From an uncultured Acidimicrobiaceae bacterium (GTDB lineage Bacteria; Actinomycetota; Acidimicrobiia; Spongiisociales; UBA5794): a stretch of DNA of 64,000 nt. Location: assembly GCA_964505525.1 (NCBI GenBank), contig CAZDIQ010000001.1:5544-69543 (forward strand). Direction: 5' to 3'. The position numbers were made by a program, and so were the translations under genes. Under the pieces are notes generated by a model. It saw only the letters and a list, made by a program, of their open reading frames with translations. It was not told the origin of the DNA and made no database searches. Numbering within the stretch: position 1 is the first letter of the stretch; each line of letters opens with the position of its first letter. Shown here in pieces: positions 1 to 8,228 of the stretch.

Positions 1-42
1 GACCGAGAACGTCGACATGCTCAACATGGCGACAGCCTACGA

Positions 43-3000
43 TCAGCCGCCAAGCTGTGCGAGGATGCCCGGCAGTTGCACATTGACCCGGTCGTCGACC
101 GTAGCAACCATCCGCGTCCGGACCGGGTCGCTGATACCAGCAGCAGCGAGCCGCCGATCGAACCCGGCGACGTCGAAACCCTGCAACTTCGACAACTGGA
201 ACGCCGCCTCCTGATCCGACATGTCGCCATACAGGCGCCGACCCTGAGTCGACGACCGCAACGTCGACGGTTCCACCCACGTCTTGCCCGGAGCGAACGA
301 CGGCTTGTCGGCACCCATCGCCCGGTACTGGCCGGAGCCGCCGACGTCAATCCGGTACAAGGTGCCACCAGACGTGAGGACGTTGTCGCCGCCCATCCCG
401 TACGCATCCCACGACGACGCCAACGCGTCAGCGTGGAACCCGTTACGTGCCTGCATCTGAATGTCCGGGGTCACGTCCGAACCGACGATCTTGCCGAGCG
501 AACCGTCCGGTTCCTGGATCGCCTTCTTCGCGATGAACGACCGGCCCTCATGATCGAAGATGGCGGTGTCGTCCACCGGGACGCCCAGCTGCCGGTACAG
601 CATCTGTGATGCCAACTCGGACTCGGCGTGCTGACGGGACTGGGCGGGCTTCACAAGATACTTCTGGCCGTCCTCGTCGCGGTACCAGCCGCCGCCGTTC
701 GAGCCGAGAGGGCCACCCGTCTTGTGCATCGCGTCGAACTCGGCCATCGACGACGGCATCGACGAGACAGGCGCATGAACCGCCTCCATCTCCGCTGCGG
801 CCGCCTTCTGCTTCTTCGTGTACGCCGCCTTCTGCCCCGGTGTCATCGAGTTGTAGTCGGTGGGCGGAACGGCCCCGCCGCTCTTGGTCCACTTCCCGTT
901 CGCGTCGCGAGGGACATCCCCCCCAGCAAACGCGAACGACACCGGGATACCCGACATCGCGATCCGTTGCGTCAACGACATCCCATGCCGTTTGCTGTCG
1001 ATCGACTCGCGGGCACCGAACAGACGGGCCTGGCCGAGCAGCTGAGTCATCGGCACCGAAACTTCAACGACACGCATCCGGCGCGGAGACTCACCGACCG
1101 ACAGCGTCGCCTCCGCCGCCCAACGATGATGCCCGTCGAGAATGAACCCGTCCGCTGACACCATGACCGGCTTATCGCCGGGCTCCATCCGGCCGGAATG
1201 AATCGCTGTGATCATCTGGCCGACCTTGCGGCCGTCCAGCTGGTTCTGCGTCGCACGCAGTTCGGCCGGGTCCTTCGTCGTCACCCGGCTAGTGATCCCC
1301 CGCTCACCGAGGTAACCGACGAAGTCATCAACCCGGTCCGACGGGATCTGCGGCATGTCATGACGAGCCAACTGATTGTCGGCCACCGCCCCGAACAGAT
1401 TCGGGTGACCGTCGATCGTCACCTTCGTCAAGTCGGACGAACCTGGCCGGGTACCCAACTCCTCGATCAACGGGACAGCAGCAGCCGAACCGACGGTCAC
1501 CTTGCCGCCGTCGATGATGACGTCTGCGTCACCGACTGCCGAGGCGTGAGCAACGCCACCGCCCCTCGCCCAGCGGCCCCACGAATCGCGGGGGACGTCC
1601 GACGACTTGAACACGACCGTCCCGGTGGCAGCAAACTCGCCGAGCCCAGACCCGCTCTCCACGATCGTCGCGCGCGGTTCCCGCTTCGAGATACCGGTGT
1701 TGTCGATCACGATCCACTCGTCCATCAAGCCGCGGGACGACCGGAAGTTCTCGAAGTTCTTCGTCGACCCGTTCGGCAGACGCGACTGTTCGATGTACGA
1801 ACCCGGCACGTAACGGCCGCCGTCCTGCCACCGCTTGAACGCGGACGCCTTCGACTCGGACACCGGGACCTTCACGAACACGCCACGCACCGAGTAGCCG
1901 TCGTTACGGAAGTTGCCGATATCACGGGCCGGACTCGACGCCATCGTCTTGTCGATGACGACGTTCATGCCACGAGCACGAGCCTCGATCACCATGCGGT
2001 CAGCGATGTGACCGGACTCGACATGCAGCAATGCGGCATGTTCCCCGTCCGTCATGCCCGGCACCCGTCGCACCATCCCCCGGTCCAACATCTCCTGCTT
2101 CACGCCGTCCGGGTCGATATGCAGGAAGCCGTCCGAGTCGACGAACGAACCACGCGTCTCGCGGCCACGATGGAAACCGTCAGGATGATTCAAGGCCGAA
2201 CCCTTACCTGCCCCCGGAGGCCCACCCAGGAACACGACCTCACGGTCGTAACGTGCGTCGCCGGACATCATCTTGTCGATGATCTCGTTGTGTTGTGCTG
2301 TGCGTTCAGCCGTCCATTCGTTGCCCGGCAACGCGTCATGTTGAGCGACCGTCGAAGCCGGGCCGTGCATATCCAGGTTCTCCAACACGGCGCTCCGGGC
2401 GTCGCCGACATCCGGGGCCGCAGCCAACCGATCGGAAAGATCGGAGATCGCCACATCAGTCTGAGCCGACGTAGCCCGACCAATCTGAGCGTCGCCGTGC
2501 AAGTCCGGGGCGCCGACCCCGCCCGCAGTCGGACCCTGCTGCGGTGCGCCCGGCGCCGAAGCGCACCCGGCACCCTTACACCACTTGCCGTCCGGTGCAC
2601 GCGGGACACCAGCCGTCGGGCCACCACCACGGTTACCACGGAACTCGGCGCGCTCGCCGCCGCAGGTAGGGCACACCGCGAACAACCGGAACGTGCGGAC
2701 CTGGTCACCCTCCCAGAACATGATCTCGTCGAACTCGACACGGCCGGAACCGTCACCGAGCGTCACGCCCCGAGACTTCTCGACGGTGAGCCCGGCCGCT
2801 GCCAGACTCGCAACCAACACCGACTGGGCGTCGCCCATCTCAACGAGCGGCCCCATCACGCCCTGACCGATCACGTCGCAGGAGAACGGGGCGACCCCCG
2901 CCGAGAACTCGTCCAACGACGCGGCGAGCACAGCAGCGTCGGCGTCGACAACAGCCGCCAGCGCAGTCACCTGATCGGATCGGAACGCGACGGTGAGCAC
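43..3000 (-). CDS. Polyvalent virion/cargo protein: zeta-toxin-like P-loop kinase + ParB-type nuclease + C-terminal kinase-like domain
   Basis: 985-aa ORF. Walker A 'VVFLGGPPGAGKGS' in a zeta-toxin/AAA-kinase-like context. 'ILDGHHRWAAEA' matches the ParB N-terminal nuclease DGHHR motif. C-terminal 'GGDNVLTSGG..YRIDVGGSG' resembles the HxDNxL / DFG catalytic loops of PI3/4-kinase or HipA-like kinases (weak). Carries three 'VPRDxxGKW' motifs and one 'TPGQKAAYTKK' motif shared with the neighbouring MuF protein. Confidence 0.6.
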   Translation of the reverse strand: MLTVAFRSDQVTALAAVVDADAAVLAASLDEFSAGVAPFSCDVIGQGVMGPLVEMGDAQSVLVASLAAAGLTVEKSRGVTLGDGSGRVEFDEIMFWEGDQVRTFRLFAVCPTCGGERAEFRGNRGGGPTAGVPRAPDGKWCKGAGCASAPGAPQQGPTAGGVGAPDLHGDAQIGRATSAQTDVAISDLSDRLAAAPDVGDARSAVLENLDMHGPASTVAQHDALPGNEWTAERTAQHNEIIDKMMSGDARYDREVVFLGGPPGAGKGSALNHPDGFHRGRETRGSFVDSDGFLHIDPDGVKQEMLDRGMVRRVPGMTDGEHAALLHVESGHIADRMVIEARARGMNVVIDKTMASSPARDIGNFRNDGYSVRGVFVKVPVSESKASAFKRWQDGGRYVPGSYIEQSRLPNGSTKNFENFRSSRGLMDEWIVIDNTGISKREPRATIVESGSGLGEFAATGTVVFKSSDVPRDSWGRWARGGGVAHASAVGDADVIIDGGKVTVGSAAAVPLIEELGTRPGSSDLTKVTIDGHPNLFGAVADNQLARHDMPQIPSDRVDDFVGYLGERGITSRVTTKDPAELRATQNQLDGRKVGQMITAIHSGRMEPGDKPVMVSADGFILDGHHRWAAEATLSVGESPRRMRVVEVSVPMTQLLGQARLFGARESIDSKRHGMSLTQRIAMSGIPVSFAFAGGDVPRDANGKWTKSGGAVPPTDYNSMTPGQKAAYTKKQKAAAAEMEAVHAPVSSMPSSMAEFDAMHKTGGPLGSNGGGWYRDEDGQKYLVKPAQSRQHAESELASQMLYRQLGVPVDDTAIFDHEGRSFIAKKAIQEPDGSLGKIVGSDVTPDIQMQARNGFHADALASSWDAYGMGGDNVLTSGGTLYRIDVGGSGQYRAMGADKPSFAPGKTWVEPSTLRSSTQGRRLYGDMSDQEAAFQLSKLQGFDVAGFDRRLAAAGISDPVRTRMVATVDDRVNVQLPGILAQLGG

Positions 3001-3013
3001 GACCAGATGCTAG

Positions 3014-3256
3014 TCAGACGGCATCCGGGAGAGCGTCGTACACGGCCCGCGCTTCCTCCTCGGTCATCAACCCGAGATGCTGCGCCGACGTGATCGTCGC
3101 GTTCGACACGTTGTTCACCACGTCAGCGCCGCCGTCCGTCTCCGGATACTGCGGGGTGTCCCGATACACGAACTGGGCTGCCGCCGCAGCACCAAACTCC
3201 TCCAACGTGAACTCGCCGTCATGCAACCGTTCGAGCAGAGCGAGGAGCTTGTTCAC
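3014..3256 (-). CDS. hypothetical small acidic protein (80 aa); possible immunity/chaperone for adjacent toxin proteins
   Basis: ORF with non-Arg-rich composition, sandwiched between the MazF-like and polyvalent genes and 3 nt upstream of the polyvalent gene. No recognisable motif. Confidence 0.35.
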   Translation of the reverse strand: MNKLLALLERLHDGEFTLEEFGAAAAAQFVYRDTPQYPETDGGADVVNNVSNATITSAQHLGLMTEEEARAVYDALPDAV

Positions 3257-3990
3257 GAATCCAGTGTACGAGAACGACCGACACGGAACCGGCGCATCCT
3301 CAGCTGCACCTTCGGTGCCCCCTGCCGTTCGGTCAGATTGTCGATGATGTCCTGGAACACCGGCTTCTTCACGTAGGCACCCTCACGCCGATAGTTGACG
3401 TCGTCGATCTGCACGAACCGGTCCAGCTTCAAGAACGACTCCCGCTCCGACTTGTCCCAGTCACCCGAACCGATCGACGGTCGGTCACCGTCACGCCCAG
3501 CCTTCGACGTCAACTGCACACCGACCAGGTTCTTGCCGTCCTTCGTCCGTCCGATGATCAGCACCGGACGGTCCTTCGACTGGCGCGGGTCCTCCTCGAA
3601 CGGCACCCTGGCCCACACGATCTCGCCGGGGTCGGCGTGACCGTCCGGGTGGCGCGGCCGGTACGCGATCCGAACGTCCTCGAACGGGACATCCGGAAGA
3701 ACACCAGCCGGACGCGTCGGACCGCCAGGCGGCGGCGGGATACGACGACCAGGCGGCGGCGGGATCGGACGACCGGAACCGCCCGGCCCACGAGTCCAGC
3801 GGCCATCCGAGTCGCGTGGCACATCAGCCGACCCGGCAGCGACCAAAGCCTCCTCGACCGGCGGATAGACGTACGGGTCGAAGTCCGGGTCGTCGTCAAC
3901 GATGTCCGCCCACCACTCGATCACCGTCGACGCGGCACCGTCGCTGACGATCTCCAACTCGGTGTCAGCCATCCGCGCTTGCGTACTCAT
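3253..3990 (-). CDS. MazF/PemK (Kid)-like mRNA-interferase toxin domain protein with N-terminal 'VPRD..GRW' motif and Pro-rich linker
   Basis: C-terminal 'GEIVWARVPFEEDPRQSKDRPVLIIGRTKDGKNLVGVQLTSKAG' aligns to the Kid/PemK core 'GEIWLVSLDPTAGHEQQGTRPVLIVTP...VVPVTSGG'. N-terminal ~110 aa contain 'ADVPRDSDGRWTRG' and 'RPIPPPPGRRIPPPPGG'. ATGA overlap with upstream MuF gene. Confidence 0.55.
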   Translation of the reverse strand: MSTQARMADTELEIVSDGAASTVIEWWADIVDDDPDFDPYVYPPVEEALVAAGSADVPRDSDGRWTRGPGGSGRPIPPPPGRRIPPPPGGPTRPAGVLPDVPFEDVRIAYRPRHPDGHADPGEIVWARVPFEEDPRQSKDRPVLIIGRTKDGKNLVGVQLTSKAGRDGDRPSIGSGDWDKSERESFLKLDRFVQIDDVNYRREGAYVKKPVFQDIIDNLTERQGAPKVQLRMRRFRVGRSRTLDS

Positions 3991-6900
3991 CAGTCGACCA
4001 ACTCCACTTCCATGTACCGGTAATGGCGTCCCTGGTTGCCGTAACTGTCGCCCGGCGTGATGTGATCAGAGATCATCGTCACTCGATACTTGCTGTTCGC
4101 GGGCATGATCGTCTCCGACTCGTGCGTGTAGGACACCAATGATGGCACCCGCCGCGAATCGGTGAGCTTCACGATGACACGACGGTTGCCATGATCGGAG
4201 AACGACTCGGCGATGTTGAGGTCAACCGACCATGACCCGAACCCCTTGTCGACGTAGACGTCGCCGACCTTCAAGTCCAATTCCTGCATCGTCGAACCCG
4301 AACCGGAACCCTTGCCCCGATACATCTGCCGGGGAGCCGGTGTCGCCGCAGGCCCCTTGTACGCCGACTTCATGTCGGCGACCTTCTTGGTCACAGCAGG
4401 GCCGTGACTCTCGCCGCGTTTCATCGTGCCGTTCATCGGCCCGTACCCGGACCCGCCATACGAGTCGATGGCATACCGCTGATCCGTCGTCAGCTTCGCT
4501 GATTGAGCCGACTGACGTTGCGAATGGTGACCCTTACCGACGTCCTCGCCCTTCAACGGTCCGGCAGCCTTCACCGAGTTCATGAACGACTCGCGCGCGG
4601 CGCCCCCGGTGTAGGTGTGGACCTCGTGCGCTCCAGCCGGACCGGACGTCTTCGCGCCCTTCAAGTTCTGGCCCTTCGTGTACGCCGCCTTCTGCCCGGA
4701 CGTCCACGAATCCCACTCCGGAGGCTTCGGAGTTTCGAACTTGTTCGGCTGCTTCGGGTTGTTCTTCTTCGTCCACGCCGCCTTCTGACCCGGAGACATC
4801 GACGACCAGTTCGCTGGCTTACCGACCGCGCCCGGCGCGGCGACAACCGGCACAGCCGTCGGCTTCGCCGGGAACCCGGAGGCCACCCCGTTCTGCATCT
4901 TCGCCGTCGCCAGATGCGAACGAGGGATCTGTTCGTCCTGATAACCGGACGCTTTCAAAGCAGAGACGTTCGCCTGATAGTCGGCCTCATGAAACTTGGC
5001 AAGCGACGCCCGTTCTTCCGGGGTGTGACTCGCCTTGACCTGATCGACGGACTTGCCGGAGTGGTGAGCGATCAGAGCGGCCCGCTTCTCATCCGACATG
5101 GCGTCGATCTGGTCATCGGTGAACATGACCCGAGCCCCCGTCGGGTTCGGGCCACCCGTCGGTCGACGTTCCCCCGTCTCACGCAACACGGCACGACGAG
5201 ACTCCCTCGGCCCGGCCGCGTGCCCGTCGTTGTAGCCCAACTGTTCGTTGAGCACCTTGCGGTCAGCGATGTGCTGATCGTTCATCGCGCGCATGGCGTC
5301 GCGACGCTCGTCCGGAGTTGACGGCGTCAGCTTCGGAGCGTTCTTCGCCAGGTAGGCGTCGACCGTCGCGTCCGACGCCCCGTCCACGTCCGGCTTGTCC
5401 AACGTCCTACCACCGTCGATCTTCGAGGAGATGTGGAACTGCTTCATCTCCTCCAATTCGGCGGCCTTCGCCAGCTTCTCCTGTTCGGCGTCGTACGCCG
5501 CCTGCTTCGCCGCGGCAGCCATAGCAGCGTTCTTCTTCTTCGTGGCGGCCGCCTTCTGCCCCGGCGTCATCGGAGACATGTCCATCTCCAACTGGCCGTT
5601 GCACTGTGCGCCTTTGCACCACTTCCCGGTCGGGTCGCGAGGCACCGCGGCAGCCGACGCGGTCACCGCCTCGATCCAGCCACCACAGTCCGGGCACATC
5701 ATCGACGCCGACGCGACCAACGGATCATCCAAGTCGTAGATGTGATCCGGGTCAACGACCTCACCGCCGACGATCCACTGGTCATACGCACCGAAGAACG
5801 GCGACACCCGCCGCGTCGCGAGGAGCCCCTGGACGGGCTGATCGAAGACGTCCAAGTCCGGGTCGTCCCAGCCAAGTGGGAACGCCACCACTTCGTCGTC
5901 GATCCGGTCAGTCGCCTCGGCCTCCGTGAGCGCGGCGAACCGGACACGAATCACCGACAGGCCAGCAGCCTCCCAGGACGGCCGTACCGGATACGGCTTC
6001 TCCCCGCGATGCTTGTTGCAGCCCGAGCATGACGGGATCAGGTTCGGGAACGACTTGATTCCACCGTACGATCCGCCTTCGTTCAACGTCAGGATCTTGT
6101 CCTGCTCCATCGACGCGTGACCGCCGCGTCCCTTCGGGGACGTCTTGATCCCGCAGTGAGTGCACGGCACATACCCGCGCTTGTTACCGCCGTACTCGTC
6201 GAACAAGGCTTCGCCGCGGGCGCGGCGTGTCGCCGCCGAACCACGGTTGTCGCCACCCGCCCGGCCCTTACCTTCCTTCGCTTTCTGGGCCTGCTCCTTA
6301 TTGTGGGCGATCTTCTCCGCTGACGGCTGCGGCACATCGCGGGCCTTCTGATTCGACAGGGCCTGCGTCTCGGCTAGCTCGGCTTCCGACGCGAACCATT
6401 CGGCCGGGGCCGACACACGAGCCTGCGGCGACTTCTTCGCGAACTCGGCCGCGTCCATCGTCTCCAACATCTGGCCTTCGTTGCACTGTGCGCCTTTGCA
6501 CCACTTCCCGGTCTGGTCGCGTGGCACCGCAGCGATCCCGGCAGCGAACTCCGACGGCACTTCTGGCAGGCCGCACCGGGCACATACCGAAACGGTCGAA
6601 GCGATGAGGACCTCGCCTGGCAGTGAGATGGGCTGAATGGTGTCTGAATCGACCGGTATGCCGTTCACGACGTACTGCGTGTAGTCCAGGTCATCGACAT
6701 AGTTGACGGTGAGAGGACCGACGAGAGTGGTCAACCGTGGCAGGTCGTCACGGGTGAGAGCGAAGTCGCCTCCGCCGATCATGTCCCAGCCGTAAGCCCG
6801 AGCCGACACGGTCTGACCGTCGACCCATCCGGCAGCGGCCACGAGCCCGCTAGCAGCCCGGAAACAGGACGTGCACGACGGCAGCAGATTCCCGGCAGCG

Positions 6901-8228
6901 AGCGACCCTCCCGCCGACCACGGCACGATCGGTTCCGGGACGATCATCGCCATCCCGGCCGTCGGGTCATCAGTCAGCTTCAACCCGCAATGCACACACG
7001 GCACGAAGCCACGGTCGTTCCCCCCGAACTCGGCGTACAGGTCCGAACGAGCCCGGTTCCGGGCAGTGACCGACGGTGCCCGCGTCGACCCGGACAACTC
7101 GACCCGGCCAGCACGGCCCCGCTTGTACCGGGCACGCTTCTGAGCGGCACCGAACACGGCCCGCGGCGAATAACCCTGCGCGGTGAGAACCGTGTCCGAG
7201 CCGCGCATCGTCGCTCGTAGCTGCTGGATCAGCTGACCACGAGTCATCGAATGACGACCGACAATCCCTTCACCGCGGGCGTAGGCGAGCAAGGTCGAAC
7301 GGTTCATCTGATCGAACCGGTCCGGGCAGTCCGGGCCTCCCGCCAACCCTTGCAGGCAGAGGGCGCGCAGCACCGCGGCTTGCAGTTCGCCACGGTTCAT
7401 CGTCGACCGGCCGTCGATCGACAAGGTTTGCGCCTTCGCTGTCAGTTCGGCCTTCGTCGCGCCGATCACGCGGCGGGCCTCGGAGCCTTCGACGTAGCCA
7501 AGCTCGCACCGGCAGTTCACCCTCAACTCGAACGGCAGCAGCGGGTCGCCGGGGTAGCGGGCCTGGTAGCCGCCGACTGTGAACGTCGACCCGAACGGGA
7601 CCGTTTCCTGGTCGGCTGCGGCATGCTCGAACCTGACCCGGATATCTCGTTGCGTGATCCAACGCAACGCCGCGGGCTGCGCGTCCTGCATCCCTTCGAA
7701 CAGGCCGCCGTTCGCTGCGCCCTGCAACTCGGTGCGAGCCACCTGATCGGCGATCGCGTCAGTGAACGGCCCGTCCGTCGTCAGTCCCTCGCGGACCGAG
7801 GCAGCATCCCATGCCAGCCCGGACTGTTCACGAGCAGCGATCCATTGATCGAGTCGCAACCGGATCGACGGGGCATAGTCGATCAGGCCAAGCAGTTCCG
7901 ACGCGGCATGACCTACCCGCAAACCGAGCACACCGAGCACACCGAACGTGAGCACCCCGGCCATCAGACCGTCCAAGGTGGCGTCGCCCATCTCGTCGGA
8001 GATGTGCTCGGTGATGATCTCCTCCCACTCGTCGTCGGTGATCAGCTGCTCGTCGTTCGCTGCGGCCGTGAGCGTGCCATGCCGGGCAGCGATCCGCGGG
8101 GCCACCAGGTCCGCGGCAGCCTGGTAGGCGCGCCGGAACGCTTCGAGGCCGACCAGCCATGTCTCGTCGTCGAGCAGCTGGACTGGTTCGGAGTCGACCG
8201 CTTCGGCCAAGTCCATCGCCACGGTCAC
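3990..8228 (-). CDS. MuF-like minor capsid protein / polymorphic toxin with C-terminal ADP-ribosyltransferase (exoenzyme R-S-E type) domain
   Basis: 1412-aa ORF immediately downstream of portal. 'ELRVNCRCELGYV' matches the MuF/SPP1 gp7 CRC signature. Two Cys-rich 'YVPCxHCG...NLxPSCxxC' modules. C-terminal ~200 aa carry 'YRG' (Arg), 'GFGSWS' (STS-like) and 'THESETI' (ExE), the ordered catalytic triad of C3/Vip2-type ARTs. Repeated 'VPRDxTGKWCKGAQCN' and 'PGQKAA(A/W/Y)TKK' motifs. Confidence 0.65.
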   Translation of the reverse strand: MTVAMDLAEAVDSEPVQLLDDETWLVGLEAFRRAYQAAADLVAPRIAARHGTLTAAANDEQLITDDEWEEIITEHISDEMGDATLDGLMAGVLTFGVLGVLGLRVGHAASELLGLIDYAPSIRLRLDQWIAAREQSGLAWDAASVREGLTTDGPFTDAIADQVARTELQGAANGGLFEGMQDAQPAALRWITQRDIRVRFEHAAADQETVPFGSTFTVGGYQARYPGDPLLPFELRVNCRCELGYVEGSEARRVIGATKAELTAKAQTLSIDGRSTMNRGELQAAVLRALCLQGLAGGPDCPDRFDQMNRSTLLAYARGEGIVGRHSMTRGQLIQQLRATMRGSDTVLTAQGYSPRAVFGAAQKRARYKRGRAGRVELSGSTRAPSVTARNRARSDLYAEFGGNDRGFVPCVHCGLKLTDDPTAGMAMIVPEPIVPWSAGGSLAAGNLLPSCTSCFRAASGLVAAAGWVDGQTVSARAYGWDMIGGGDFALTRDDLPRLTTLVGPLTVNYVDDLDYTQYVVNGIPVDSDTIQPISLPGEVLIASTVSVCARCGLPEVPSEFAAGIAAVPRDQTGKWCKGAQCNEGQMLETMDAAEFAKKSPQARVSAPAEWFASEAELAETQALSNQKARDVPQPSAEKIAHNKEQAQKAKEGKGRAGGDNRGSAATRRARGEALFDEYGGNKRGYVPCTHCGIKTSPKGRGGHASMEQDKILTLNEGGSYGGIKSFPNLIPSCSGCNKHRGEKPYPVRPSWEAAGLSVIRVRFAALTEAEATDRIDDEVVAFPLGWDDPDLDVFDQPVQGLLATRRVSPFFGAYDQWIVGGEVVDPDHIYDLDDPLVASASMMCPDCGGWIEAVTASAAAVPRDPTGKWCKGAQCNGQLEMDMSPMTPGQKAAATKKKNAAMAAAAKQAAYDAEQEKLAKAAELEEMKQFHISSKIDGGRTLDKPDVDGASDATVDAYLAKNAPKLTPSTPDERRDAMRAMNDQHIADRKVLNEQLGYNDGHAAGPRESRRAVLRETGERRPTGGPNPTGARVMFTDDQIDAMSDEKRAALIAHHSGKSVDQVKASHTPEERASLAKFHEADYQANVSALKASGYQDEQIPRSHLATAKMQNGVASGFPAKPTAVPVVAAPGAVGKPANWSSMSPGQKAAWTKKNNPKQPNKFETPKPPEWDSWTSGQKAAYTKGQNLKGAKTSGPAGAHEVHTYTGGAARESFMNSVKAAGPLKGEDVGKGHHSQRQSAQSAKLTTDQRYAIDSYGGSGYGPMNGTMKRGESHGPAVTKKVADMKSAYKGPAATPAPRQMYRGKGSGSGSTMQELDLKVGDVYVDKGFGSWSVDLNIAESFSDHGNRRVIVKLTDSRRVPSLVSYTHESETIMPANSKYRVTMISDHITPGDSYGNQGRHYRYMEVELVD

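Noticed and set aside
1198-3093. Long plus-strand ORFs (e.g. 1198..3093 and 7251..8426), and likewise 9419..10573, 16664..17869, 20180..21802 and 35115..36407
   Set aside because: They are extremely Arg/Pro/Gly-rich and lie antisense to well-supported minus-strand genes. This is the typical high-GC antisense ORF artefact.
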